Position numbers and translations under genes: made by a program
The notes under the pieces: model-generated
Seen by the model: only the letters and a program-made list of their open reading frames with translations
Databases searched by the model: none
Told to the model about the DNA's origin: nothing
Part shown: one piece after another, positions 28,140-37,928 of the stretch
Layout of the letters: each line of letters starts with the position of its first letter
How positions within the stretch are numbered: position 1 is the first letter of the stretch
Origin: Abditibacterium sp.
GTDB taxonomy: Bacteria; Armatimonadota; Abditibacteriia; Abditibacteriales; Abditibacteriaceae
Direction: 5' to 3'
Length of the DNA stretch: 64,000 nt
NCBI GenBank assembly: GCA_030448265.1
Contig: JAUJNG010000013.1
Location: 94,621 to 158,620 of the forward strand

Positions 28140-30731
28140 TCACTCCAGCAGCCGCGCCAGCGCCGCGACTAAATCGGCGGGCGCCACCGGTTTGGCGAGG
28201 TGGTTTTGATAACCGCACGACAAAGCCAGATCGCGGTCTTCGGCGCGCGCATACGCGGTGAGCGCCAGCGCCGGAAGTTCGCCGCCTCGCGCGGCGGGTA
28301 AATGGCGCACGCGCTTAATCAGGCTGTAGCCGTCTTCGCCTGGCATGCCGATATCAGAAATCAGCAGGTCGGGCACCTCGTTTTCGATGAGTTGAAGCGC
28401 CTGGGCGGCACTGGCGGCGCTTCGCACCCGCGCCCCGAAGAGCAGCAGCGATTTTTCAAGGAAAAAGCGCGCGTCGCGTTCGTCATCGACTACCACGATG
28501 CTCACGCCAGCCAGAGGCGTCTCCGGCGCGCGCGGAGAGGCGAGTCTCGCCTGAGATGCGTTTGGATTTTCTGCGGAAGTGAGGGGCGGCGCGAGGGGCA
28601 GGCGAACCGTGAAACTCGAACCCTGGCCGCGCCCCGCCGAATATGCGCTCACCTCGCCGCCGTGCTGCTCCACCAGATGATGCACGATGGAAAGCCCGAT
28701 CCCCAGACCACCATAACGGCGCGTCGGGGAGCCGTCGGCCTGACGGAATCTCTCGAAAACGTGGGGCAAAAACGCGGGGTCGATGCCCTGCCCGCTATCG
28801 CGCACTTCGATTTCCAATCCGGCCTCGACGCGGCGCAAACTGACCTCGACGCGCCCGCCTGGGGGCGTGAACTTCACCGCGTTGGAAAGCAAATTCCACA
28901 TCACCTGCTTCAAACGGTCGCCATCGCCCACCATGCGGCCCTGATCGGCGATGGCGACGATGATTTTCACTCCCCGCTCGCGCGCCGCCGGCTCAACGGT
29001 TTCGAGGGCCGCTTCCACCACGCGCGCCAGTTCGATGGGGCGCACTTCCAGCTTCAACTTGCCCGAAATAATGCGCGACACATCGAGCAAATCATTGACG
29101 ATCTGGGTCTGAGCAGTGGCGTTGCGCTCGATGGTGTCGTAGGCCTGGCGGCGCATCGCGGAGTCGAAATCTTCGGTTTTGAGCAGATGAATCCAGCCCA
29201 GAATCGGGGTGAGCGGGGTGCGAAGTTCGTGGGAAACCACCGCCAGAAATTCGTCCTTCAGGCGATTGGCGGCTTCGGCTTCGCGGCGAAACCCCGCCTC
29301 GCGCTCCAGGGCGACGCTTCGTTCGCGCGCGGCCTGCTTCTGGTCTTCGATGTCGGTGCAGGTGCCGAACCACTTCAGGATGCGCCCGCTTTCATCCCGA
29401 AACGGCAGGGCGCGGCCCAGAAACCAGCGATAGGTGCCATCGTGACGCCGAAACCGGTATTCGATTTCATAGGGTTCGCCGCTTTCGAGGCTGCGATTCC
29501 ACCGCTCGCGGCTGCGCTCCACGTCTTCGGGATGAAGCGGCAGCGCCCAGCCTTCGCCCAGACTGAGGTCGCGGCTCTGACCGGTGTAAGTGAACCACTG
29601 CGCGTTGAAATACTCGTGGTAGCCGCGCGCATCGGTTATCCACACCATCTGCGGAATCGACTCAATAACAAAGCGATAGCGCGCTTCCGAAGCAGTGATA
29701 GCCTGCTGATCGCGGCGCGCGCTTTCGAGCAGCAGCGCGTTTTCCAGCGCCACCGCCGCCTGCGACGCCAGACCCTGCAAAACGCGCTCGTCGCTCGCCT
29801 TGAAATGCCCCGCCGTGGGATGGCACAAAATCATTGCCCCCAGTCGCTGCCCCGAACGCGAGGCGAGCGGCGCGACGAGATGGGACGCCATCGCCGCCTC
29901 TTCGCCGCGAGGAAAGCCCGAAATTCCATTTTCTGGCGCGAAAAGCGGGGTTTGACGCGCGTCATCAAGGCGAACCAGACAATTTTGCATCCCCAACGGC
30001 GCGGCCAGAGCCGGAACCTGGCCCTGGAGCGAATGGAACGTCACAGTTTTTCCATCGGTTGTGGCGTATTGGGCCAGAGAAGAGAGCAGCCTGTCGCCGT
30101 GGGGCGGCAAAAAGGCGCCGATGTGGGCGCCGGTGAGTTGCATCGCGGCCTGCGCGACGGTTTCCACGATGCGATTCAAATCGGGTTCGCCCGCCACGAC
30201 CTGGCCGACATGATAGAGCGTTTCGATGACCTGCGATTCTTCGCGCAGCCGAATTTCAGTCAGTTTGCGCGCCGTGATGTCTTCATGCGCCACCACGACG
30301 TGAAGCGGAGCGCTCCCGATGGGGCCGTCGTGGTGCGGGAATTCCCTGCAAAAGGGCGTCGCGCGCAGCGAAAACCAGCGCACTTCGCTTGGACTGTGGC
30401 AGGGATATTCGAGATAAAACTCACTGGTCTGGCCCGCGAAGACGGCGCGCAAACCCGCCAGGACTTCGGGCGCTTCGCCGGCGGCGTCGCCCTCGGCCTG
30501 CGCGCAGACGTTGAGATAGTTGAACCCCACGCCCGCGTCGTGCGAATCGAAGCCGTTGCTTTGCGCGAAGCGCCGCCACGCCGCATTGACGGCGATAATC
30601 ACGCCCTGAGCGTCCAAAATCGCGATCTGGGTGATCAGCGAATCGAGCGTGGCTCCCAAAATCAGCGCGTTGGCGGCGTCATCTGCGGGCGAGGCGGGGG
30701 GCGAAGTCCACAGGGAAGAGCTGTCGATCAT
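28140..30731 (-). CDS. Hybrid sensor histidine kinase (PAS-GAF-PAS-HisKA-HATPase-REC)
   Basis: SHELRTPL H-box, NLLSNAVKF, DSGQGI, GGLGIGL, REC domain ISDIGMP...KP. Confidence 0.95.
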   Translation of the reverse strand: MIDSSSLWTSPPASPADDAANALILGATLDSLITQIAILDAQGVIIAVNAAWRRFAQSNGFDSHDAGVGFNYLNVCAQAEGDAAGEAPEVLAGLRAVFAGQTSEFYLEYPCHSPSEVRWFSLRATPFCREFPHHDGPIGSAPLHVVVAHEDITARKLTEIRLREESQVIETLYHVGQVVAGEPDLNRIVETVAQAAMQLTGAHIGAFLPPHGDRLLSSLAQYATTDGKTVTFHSLQGQVPALAAPLGMQNCLVRLDDARQTPLFAPENGISGFPRGEEAAMASHLVAPLASRSGQRLGAMILCHPTAGHFKASDERVLQGLASQAAVALENALLLESARRDQQAITASEARYRFVIESIPQMVWITDARGYHEYFNAQWFTYTGQSRDLSLGEGWALPLHPEDVERSRERWNRSLESGEPYEIEYRFRRHDGTYRWFLGRALPFRDESGRILKWFGTCTDIEDQKQAARERSVALEREAGFRREAEAANRLKDEFLAVVSHELRTPLTPILGWIHLLKTEDFDSAMRRQAYDTIERNATAQTQIVNDLLDVSRIISGKLKLEVRPIELARVVEAALETVEPAARERGVKIIVAIADQGRMVGDGDRLKQVMWNLLSNAVKFTPPGGRVEVSLRRVEAGLEIEVRDSGQGIDPAFLPHVFERFRQADGSPTRRYGGLGIGLSIVHHLVEQHGGEVSAYSAGRGQGSSFTVRLPLAPPLTSAENPNASQARLASPRAPETPLAGVSIVVVDDERDARFFLEKSLLLFGARVRSAASAAQALQLIENEVPDLLISDIGMPGEDGYSLIKRVRHLPAARGGELPALALTAYARAEDRDLALSCGYQNHLAKPVAPADLVAALARLLE

Positions 30732-31071
30732 AAGAACGCGCTGGAAAAAACGGAAATAGGCGCTCGGCTCAAAACGCCGCAGCTCTCAAAATAATAGGGC
30801 GATGAAACGGCGACAATTGCCCCTCGGAGGGGCTTCCACTATAATTGTTTCAACGACGTTGCGAGCGACTTGCAATGCAATGACCGTTGAGCATCTGGAA
30901 ATCAAAGCGGAAAGGTTTTCACTTCCTTGGCGCGAGAGCGAATCAGGCAACATGGAAACTGAGGCGCGCGGGCGTAAAAGAAGCGGGGCACTGCTACGAT
31001 GGCGATTTCGAGAGATTCGGCGCGAAATTGCGGCGCGCCAGCGCGCGGCGTCGAAACTTCGGAGAAAATCC

Positions 31072-31800
31072 ATGAAAAATTGTTTTGCAGTCGCTCTGGC
31101 GACCCTCGCGCTGGCCGGTTTGTCCGGCGCGGCGCGCGCCGACCTCACCCTGAGCGGTGCCGTCGGCCTGCCCCTCAACCCGACCGCGCAAATCCCTCAG
31201 GAAGAGGGCGCGCGCATTCAGGGCAACTACTTCCGCCAGGGGAGCGGCGTCAATAACTACAGCCTCGTGGGCGCCACGCGCGTCGGCGACGGGCTGGAAA
31301 TCAACGGCGGCGTCACCAGGCTCGACGGCGGCGCGTTCGAGCGGACGGGGCCTGCTATCGGCGTGAAATATCTGTTTTCGCGCGAAAGCGATCCGGTCGG
31401 CATTCGGTTCGCGGTCGGCGCCGGTTACGACCGCGCTCTGCTCAACCAGACCTACCTTTACGCGGTGGGAACCAAATATCTGGGCGCCGTGACGGGCGAG
31501 AGAATTCCCATCAGCGCGCATTTGGGCATCCGCTACGACCGCTTCGACGCGGGCGGCATTAATTCCAACAAAGCCTCGGTTTACGCCGGCGCCGAAGTGC
31601 CCATCGTGGCCGACGGCAGTTTCCAGGCGGTGGGCGAGATTCAGTCGAGAAACGCCGATGGCGGCTCCATCCCCTACTCGGCGGCGATTCGCTACCGTCC
31701 CAAAGGCCAGCCCTTTGGCGCTTCGGTTGGCGTGGCGCGGCAGGGCCTGGCCGGCAACGGCTTTTTCGCCCAGATCGGTTATTCGTTCGGCACGCGATAA
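31072..31800 (+). CDS. Secreted or outer-membrane beta-barrel-like hypothetical protein
   Basis: Signal peptide ending ARA; alternating beta-strand pattern; C-terminal YSF. Confidence 0.7.
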   Translation: MKNCFAVALATLALAGLSGAARADLTLSGAVGLPLNPTAQIPQEEGARIQGNYFRQGSGVNNYSLVGATRVGDGLEINGGVTRLDGGAFERTGPAIGVKYLFSRESDPVGIRFAVGAGYDRALLNQTYLYAVGTKYLGAVTGERIPISAHLGIRYDRFDAGGINSNKASVYAGAEVPIVADGSFQAVGEIQSRNADGGSIPYSAAIRYRPKGQPFGASVGVARQGLAGNGFFAQIGYSFGTR

Positions 31801-31861
31801 AATCGCGCGCTTGAAACCAAAAGGACGCGGCCCTGGCCGCGTCCTTTTGGTTTGCCCCTCC

Positions 31862-32473
31862 CTAAAAAAACCGTTCCGCCATACGGCGCGAGGTCAGATC
31901 GAGCGCTTCACTGTTGGGAATTTCGTAGCGGTTGCCGTTGGTGTCGGTGAGGAAGATGTGCGGGTAGCGTCCGGTTTGCACGTCTTCGGCACCAGCGATG
32001 AAAAAGGTGATTTCGCGGCGCGGCGTCTCGTTTTCGACGCCGTTGCCGTCGGTTCTGGCGCGGCGCATGAGGCGGAACAGGCCGCTTTTTGCATCGCTTT
32101 CGAGCGATTCCTCGTCGCCCTGAGATGGCTCGTCGCCGCTCGCCTCGACTTCGACGCGCCAGCGCACCTGCCCCGATAACGGTTCGCGTTCGACATCCAA
32201 CACACGCAGAATTTCGGTGATGTGATAGATCTGCGCCAGTTCTTCGCCCAGTTTGTGCCGCGAATCGGGATCGAGGTCGTGCAGCGATTGGACGACGCCA
32301 ATTTCATTCCCGTCTTGGTCGCTGAGGACGATGAAGCCGTCGGGATTCGAAAGCGGCAGCGCGCGCTTGGGCGGCGCGAGTCGGATTTTTTGGCCGTCCA
32401 TTTTGAGATATAAAGCGCCCTCTTTGCGAAAGATTTGCAGTTTGTGGGGTGGAAGGAAATGGGTTTGATTCAT
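31862..32473 (-). CDS. DUF1854 domain protein
   Basis: PKRALPLSNPDGFIVLSDQDGNEIG, WRVEVE, TDTNGNRYEIP; sits downstream of an ABC exporter, as is usual for this family. Confidence 0.8.
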   Translation of the reverse strand: MNQTHFLPPHKLQIFRKEGALYLKMDGQKIRLAPPKRALPLSNPDGFIVLSDQDGNEIGVVQSLHDLDPDSRHKLGEELAQIYHITEILRVLDVEREPLSGQVRWRVEVEASGDEPSQGDEESLESDAKSGLFRLMRRARTDGNGVENETPRREITFFIAGAEDVQTGRYPHIFLTDTNGNRYEIPNSEALDLTSRRMAERFF

Positions 32474-32512
32474 GGTTGGGGTTGTTGGGTGGTTTTCTCC
32501 CGCGCTTCGCGC

Positions 32513-32688
32513 GGCCCTCACCCGCCGCTTCGCGGCACCCACGCCCAGAGGGCACCCGCGCAAGCGGGAGAAGGACATAGCGCGCAAGGTCAACCGAGCA
32601 GTGAATTCACGAGTGTAAGAGTGTGTCCTTCTCCCGCTTGCGCGGGTGCCCTCTGGGCGTGGGTGCCGCGAAGCGGCGGGTGAGGGCC
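32513..32688. repeat. Palindromic element with 65-bp perfect arms (ccctcaccc...gggagaagg family)
   Basis: 32513-32577 is the exact reverse complement of 32624-32688. Confidence 0.9.
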
Positions 32689-32715
32689 GGAGCGAAGCGA
32701 CGGGAAAGCTCAATC

Positions 32716-34458
32716 TCAAACTTCCTCTTCGCTCCCCAGCTTCGTCTGCATCTCGACAAGCCGTTTATACAGCCCGTCTTCAAGCGCAATCAGTTCGTCG
32801 TGCGTGCCCTCCTCGACGATTTTCCCCTGTTCCATCACGACCAGCTTGTCGGCATTTTTCACGGTTGACAAACGGTGGGCAATCGCCAAGGTGGTGCGGC
32901 CCAGCATCAAGCGGTCGAGCGCGGTTTGAATAGCGACTTCGCTTTCGGTATCGACGGCGCTGGTCGCTTCGTCCAGAATCAAAATTTTCGGGTCGTCCAG
33001 GATGGCGCGAGCAATCGAAATGCGCTGGCGCTCGCCGCCGCTCAATTTGGCGCCGCGCTCACCGACGTGAGTATCGTAGGCGTCACTAAGGCGCATGATG
33101 AAATCGTGGGCGTTGGCGCCGTGCGCGGCGTTCATCACGTCCTCGAACGAGGCGTCGGGGCGGCCATAGGCGATGTTGTCGCGGATGGTGCCGTGAAACA
33201 AATAGGCTTCCTGCGGCACGACCGAAATATTGGCGCGCAGGTCTTTCAAATCGACTTCGCGCACGTCGTGGCCGTCGATTTTCACCGCGCCCTCTTTGAC
33301 ATCGTAAAAGCGCGTGATCAGCGAAACCAGCGTGGATTTCCCGCTTCCCGACGGCCCGACCAGACCAATCATTTGGCCCGCTTCGACGTTTAGATTGAGG
33401 CCCTCAATCGAGTTTTCGCCCGAATCGTAGCCGAACGAGACGTTTTCCAGTTCGATTTGGCCTTCCATTTCAGGCATCGAGTGCGGCTGCTCAACCGAGG
33501 AAATATCGGGCTGAGTATCGAGAATTTCGTAAATGCGCTCGGCGCTCGCGGAAGTGTTGGCGAAGAGGTTGGCGGAGTTGGCTAGAGTTTGAACCGGCGC
33601 ATAAAACTGCGAAACGTAGCCGGAAAACATCACCAGGGCGCCAGGCGAAAGCCGTCCCTGCAAGACTTCGCGCCCGCCGTAGAGCCACACGATGACCTGT
33701 CCCACGCCAAAAGCGAGCGCGACCGAGGGAAAATAAAGCGCCTGCATGAACTGGGTGGCGATGCCCGCATCGGCGAACTCCTGGCCTTTGGCGCGAAATT
33801 TCTGCGCCTCGAACTCTTCCTGACCAAAAATCTGCACCACCCGAATGCCGCCGATGGTGTCGCTCAAAATCGAGTTCATATCGGCCAGACGGCGCCGCAT
33901 CTGGCGATAGGCGGTGCCGATGCGCTTTTGAAACATCCGCGTCAGCCAGATGAGCGGAACGGTCGGAATCAGGGTCAACAACGCCAATTGGGGATTGGTA
34001 TGAAACAGAATCGCGGCGATAATCACCACGCGCAAGACGTTGACGAGCGATTCGCGAATGCCCTCGACAATGAACTGTTCCAACACCGCGACATCGTTGG
34101 TGACGCGCGACATAATCTGCCCCGTGCGCTTGTTTTGATAAAACGAGAGCGACAGGCTTTGCAGATGCTCATAAAGTTTGGTTCGCACCTGGTAAAGCAC
34201 GCGGTGCGCGAGGCGTCCGGTGAAAACCATGCGCGCGAAATGCGCGATGGTGCGAAAAACCAGCGCGACCAAAAGCGCCGCGCCCAGCAGTTTGAGAAGC
34301 GGCCAGTTTTTTCCGTAAATCGCGTCATCAATGAGCGGGCGGGTGAGCGCGGCGGGCACCATTTCCATCGCCGCCATCACAATCGAGAAACCGACGCTGC
34401 CGCACAGCAGTTTCCAGTGCGGTTTGAGTTCGTCGAAAAGTCGGGGATAGATGTTCAT
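32716..34458 (-). CDS. ABC exporter, fused TMD-NBD
   Basis: Six TM segments; GPSGSGKS, LSGGERQR, ILDEATS, AHRLST. Confidence 0.95.
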   Translation of the reverse strand: MNIYPRLFDELKPHWKLLCGSVGFSIVMAAMEMVPAALTRPLIDDAIYGKNWPLLKLLGAALLVALVFRTIAHFARMVFTGRLAHRVLYQVRTKLYEHLQSLSLSFYQNKRTGQIMSRVTNDVAVLEQFIVEGIRESLVNVLRVVIIAAILFHTNPQLALLTLIPTVPLIWLTRMFQKRIGTAYRQMRRRLADMNSILSDTIGGIRVVQIFGQEEFEAQKFRAKGQEFADAGIATQFMQALYFPSVALAFGVGQVIVWLYGGREVLQGRLSPGALVMFSGYVSQFYAPVQTLANSANLFANTSASAERIYEILDTQPDISSVEQPHSMPEMEGQIELENVSFGYDSGENSIEGLNLNVEAGQMIGLVGPSGSGKSTLVSLITRFYDVKEGAVKIDGHDVREVDLKDLRANISVVPQEAYLFHGTIRDNIAYGRPDASFEDVMNAAHGANAHDFIMRLSDAYDTHVGERGAKLSGGERQRISIARAILDDPKILILDEATSAVDTESEVAIQTALDRLMLGRTTLAIAHRLSTVKNADKLVVMEQGKIVEEGTHDELIALEDGLYKRLVEMQTKLGSEEEV

Positions 34459-34678
34459 GGGGTGGCTGGGTGGTCAGGTGGTTGAGGTCGTTAACCACCC
34501 AAACAAAAACCACCGAGGAAGCCTTCTGCGCGCCTTGTGCGCGGCATCTGGCTCCCTCGGTGGCTGGGAATTGTCGTAGAAACGACTCTGTTTCGAATTT
34601 TATGCGCGCGCGGCAAAACAAATTTCTACAAGGACTTTTAACCCACCCAAACCGTCGCGCCAACCCAAAAACCCGAAA

Positions 34679-35212
34679 TCAACCGCTTTTTTTCTCGACT
34701 TTGAGCAGTTCGACATCGAATTGCAGCGTCGCGCCAGGCGGAATCGTGGCGCCGGAGCCGCGATCACCGTATCCCAAATCCGCCGGAATGGTGAGCTTGC
34801 GTTTGCCGCCCACTTTCATGCCTTTGATGCCCTGATCCCAGCCTTTAATCACCCGTCCGGCGCCCAGGGGAAACACGAAAGGCTCCCTGCCGTAGCTCTG
34901 GTCGAAGACTTTGCCGTTCAGGAGCGAACCTTTGTAGTTCATGGTGAGCGTGTCGCCGTCCTGCGCCGTGTCGCCGGTTCCCACGCGCACGTCTTCGACT
35001 TTGAGCTGCGTGACGCCGCCCGCTAAATCGACGTCCGATTTCGCTTCAACGTCCGATTTCGCTTCGGTCGCGCCGTGATTGTGTCCGTCGCCTTCGGAAT
35101 GCCCTGCCGGAAGGCCTTCAGCACCCGAAGGCGCGGGTGGCGTCTTCGAGAAATATAACGCGCCGCCCAAAACCAGTAGAACGGCGATGATGCCCAATTT
35201 CGATTTATCCAT
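34679..35212 (-). CDS. FKBP-type peptidyl-prolyl isomerase with N-terminal anchor
   Basis: [32 protein letters not shown]. Confidence 0.93.
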   Translation of the reverse strand: MDKSKLGIIAVLLVLGGALYFSKTPPAPSGAEGLPAGHSEGDGHNHGATEAKSDVEAKSDVDLAGGVTQLKVEDVRVGTGDTAQDGDTLTMNYKGSLLNGKVFDQSYGREPFVFPLGAGRVIKGWDQGIKGMKVGGKRKLTIPADLGYGDRGSGATIPPGATLQFDVELLKVEKKSG

Positions 35213-35259
35213 AATCAATTCTCCGCAACGCGGTGTTGCGCCATGAGTTTAAGAGAGAA

Positions 35260-35613
35260 ATGAAAAAACATCTCGTTTTGTGGGACGGCGAGTGCGGTTT
35301 TTGCCGCCGCAGCGTCGCGTGGCTTCAAAAACACGACCGTTTCGGCGCTTTGCAGTTCGAGCCGTTTCAAGAAGCCGACATCTCGCCCGCCCTGCGCGCC
35401 GCGTGCCGCGAGGCGATTCACGTCGTCAAAAGCGACGGCGAGATAATGCGCGCCGGTCGCGCCGCGCTGTTTTGCGGGCAGCAAACGCGCTGGCATCGTC
35501 TGGCGCGCCTCGCGCAGTGGCCGATTTTCCTGCCGTTGGTGGAGATTGGTTATGCGCTTGTCGCCAAAAACCGTCAATTCGTCTCGAAGTTTGTTTTCAC
35601 TTCCGAGCCTTGA
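35260..35613 (+). CDS. DUF393/DCC1-like thiol-disulfide oxidoreductase
   Basis: LWDGECGFC; GYALVAKNR. Confidence 0.88.
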   Translation: MKKHLVLWDGECGFCRRSVAWLQKHDRFGALQFEPFQEADISPALRAACREAIHVVKSDGEIMRAGRAALFCGQQTRWHRLARLAQWPIFLPLVEIGYALVAKNRQFVSKFVFTSEP

Positions 35614-35902
35614 AAAACAAAGATTCGTGCTGAACGCTCTGGCAAAGTCCACTATTAAAAACCAGGCCAATATGATAGCCGGTGGCCCACCACTGCAAAA
35701 GAGTCGTTCCGTCACCAAAGGAAGAGGTTGCATTCGGCTGGCCCACTGCCGCGATAATTTGGGACTTTGATTGGCCCTCAAGCGGGCCAAACGTTGTGAA
35801 TTTCGAGTGAAGTCTGCGCCCTGTCAAACAGGCAATCCTATCGAGAAGTGGCGACAGAATCAAGCCGAGACACAAGCCGCCAATCAGGGAAGAAGGATCC
35901 AT
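35597..35902 (-). CDS. Small hypothetical membrane-anchored protein
   Basis: N-terminal hydrophobic helix; GQSKSQIIAAVGQP resembles a SmpA/OmlA-like fold; lower GC. Confidence 0.5.
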   Translation of the reverse strand: MDPSSLIGGLCLGLILSPLLDRIACLTGRRLHSKFTTFGPLEGQSKSQIIAAVGQPNATSSFGDGTTLLQWWATGYHIGLVFNSGLCQSVQHESLFFKARK

Positions 35903-35981
35903 TGTCGTAAACGGCATTTTAACAGAGAGTTGAATTGAAGTGACATACCCTGGCCGCCACGACGATTCACCCACCATTTTA

Positions 35982-36713
35982 ATGAACGATTTTCATTTTG
36001 AACGGCCAACCGGACAAGTCGTGATGCGCCCCAAATGGCGCCACCTCTTGTTTTTGCACTGGCCCCTATCGCCCGAAACGGTGCAAAAGATGTTGCCCGA
36101 TGGCCTGGAAATCGACACTTTCGAAGGGCGCGCCTACATCGGTCTGGTGCCGTTTACGATGAGCGAAGTGCGCCCCCATTTCGTGCCCGATTTAGGAAAA
36201 GCGGGCCATTTTTTCGAAAATTTTCCCGAATTGAACGTGCGAACTTACGTCCGGCGTAATGGCGTGCGCGGCGTGTGGTTTTTCTCGCTCGATGCGGCGT
36301 CGAGTCTGGCGGTTGTGGCGGCGCGATTGTGGTTTGGCCTGCCCTATTTCAAAGCGCGAATGCGTTTGCAAGCGCGCGGTGACGAAAGGCGTTTTTGGTC
36401 GCGGCGCCTGTGGCCGCGCTCGCCAAGCGCGATGTGCAGCGCGCGCTATCGCGTGGGCGGCGCGGGCGCTGCGGCGCAAAACGCTTCCTTGGAGCAGTTT
36501 TTAGTTGAGCGTTACGTCCTCTTTTCGCGCAAAAACGGCCAGTTGTTTCGCGGGCGCGTCCATCATGCGCCCTACGAGATTCAGAGCGTCGAACTTCATT
36601 CTTTGCGCGAAACCTGCCTCGCGGCGGCGGGTTTCGAGAGGCCCCACCAAGCGCCGCACGCGATTTACTCGCGCGGCGTCGATGTCGAAGTGTGGAAACT
36701 GGAGACGTGTTGA
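35982..36713 (+). CDS. DUF2071/YqjF family protein
   Basis: WRHLLFLHW, GLVPF, FPELNVRTYV, GVWFFSLDA, FLVERY. Confidence 0.9.
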   Translation: MNDFHFERPTGQVVMRPKWRHLLFLHWPLSPETVQKMLPDGLEIDTFEGRAYIGLVPFTMSEVRPHFVPDLGKAGHFFENFPELNVRTYVRRNGVRGVWFFSLDAASSLAVVAARLWFGLPYFKARMRLQARGDERRFWSRRLWPRSPSAMCSARYRVGGAGAAAQNASLEQFLVERYVLFSRKNGQLFRGRVHHAPYEIQSVELHSLRETCLAAAGFERPHQAPHAIYSRGVDVEVWKLETC

Positions 36714-37405
36714 AACCAACTCCAACCTCTGCCAAATCGCCCGCCGCGATTTTCGATGTGGTGCTGCTGATTTGCGTGTTTTTCCTTTTCGCCACGACCC
36801 TCGCGATGGCGCTTTACGCCGGCGGCACTTCGCTCGACCCCAGCACGCGCGGCTACCAGTTCGACGCCAATTTCCTCTCCGACCTGGGCCGTGCGCGGGC
36901 GCGCAACGGCGCCCCCAACACCTTTCCCGCTCTGCTTTTCCAGGCGGCACTTTCGGGTGCGGGCGTGGCGCTGGCGCTGTTTTTCCTCGCTTTTGCGCGC
37001 CTGTTCTGGCGCGGTCTGGCGTTGCGCGTTCTGGTGGGTTTCGGGACGGCACTGGGCCTTATCGCGGCGTTTTGTTTTCTGGGCGTGGCCCTGGTGCCCT
37101 CGGATGTCGATAGCCCGCGTCACGGCGCGTTCGCGGCGTGGGCGTTTCGCTCCTTTCTGGGCGCGGCGCTGTTTTACAGCCTCGCCATCGCCACGCAGCG
37201 CCATTATCCACGCGCGGCGGCGTGGGTTTTCGTGGCGTTCACCCTCGCTCTGGCCGCCTACGTCACGCTGATTTCGCGCGGGCCGCTTCCCTCTTCGCCG
37301 CAGGGCCTTTTGATTCAAGCGCTGGGGCAAAAACTCATCGTTTACGCTTCGATTGCCAGCATTTTCGTGCAGTCGCTCATCGCGCGGCGCTTTTGCAGCG
37401 ACTAA
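36692..37405 (+). CDS. Integral membrane protein (DUF998-like)
   Basis: Six TM segments; YAGGT...NFLSDLG; QK motif. Start position uncertain. Confidence 0.7.
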   Translation: METGDVLKPTPTSAKSPAAIFDVVLLICVFFLFATTLAMALYAGGTSLDPSTRGYQFDANFLSDLGRARARNGAPNTFPALLFQAALSGAGVALALFFLAFARLFWRGLALRVLVGFGTALGLIAAFCFLGVALVPSDVDSPRHGAFAAWAFRSFLGAALFYSLAIATQRHYPRAAAWVFVAFTLALAAYVTLISRGPLPSSPQGLLIQALGQKLIVYASIASIFVQSLIARRFCSD

Positions 37406-37502
37406 AGTCATCGCAGAGGAAGGCGAAGTCCGCCTGCGCGGACTAATGCATTAACCTGCGAAGGCAGGTTTCGCCTTCCTTTGCGGCGACTTTAGTCGCT
37501 GC
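37395..37502. repeat. REP doublet (GCAG-type), copy 3, which supplies the upstream gene's stop codon
   Basis: gcagcgactaaagtcatcgc...gcggcgactttagtcgctgc with the same two inner hairpins as copies 1 and 2; TAA 37403-37405 lies inside the arm. Confidence 0.85.
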
Positions 37503-37520
37503 CCATTCATTTCAAGTTGG

Positions 37521-37865
37521 TCATTTCCTCACTGCCACGTCTGCCGAACCCCCTTCGTCCCCATCAAGCAATTGCAAAAATCCCAACAAACTGAAGATGT
37601 TAGCGATGTCCGCCCTCATTCTCTCAACCACCAAACGGCCACCTTTGCGGCGCACCTGGCGATGTGTTGCCAGCAGCAAGCCCATCCCCGTCGAGTTGAT
37701 GGCAACGACGTTCTCCAAATCCAGCTTGAGGTGATAGCTGCCCGCTTCGACGAGCCGCGTGAGTGCGTCTTCCAAATCAGGAAATGTCAAAGCATCCACC
37801 GAACCTTGAAGTTGAATGACGCACCACTTTCCTTCGTCAAAGCAATGCAGTTTCAGTTCGCTCAT
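37521..37865 (-). CDS. STAS-domain anti-sigma factor antagonist
   Basis: LQGSVD, LDLENVVAINSTGMGLL. Confidence 0.88.
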   Translation of the reverse strand: MSELKLHCFDEGKWCVIQLQGSVDALTFPDLEDALTRLVEAGSYHLKLDLENVVAINSTGMGLLLATHRQVRRKGGRLVVERMRADIANIFSLLGFLQLLDGDEGGSADVAVRK

Positions 37866-37928
37866 GGTTGTTTTTGTGAAAAAAAGGCCGAAGTGAGAAA
37901 TCACTTCGGCCTTTTCTACAGTTTCGCT

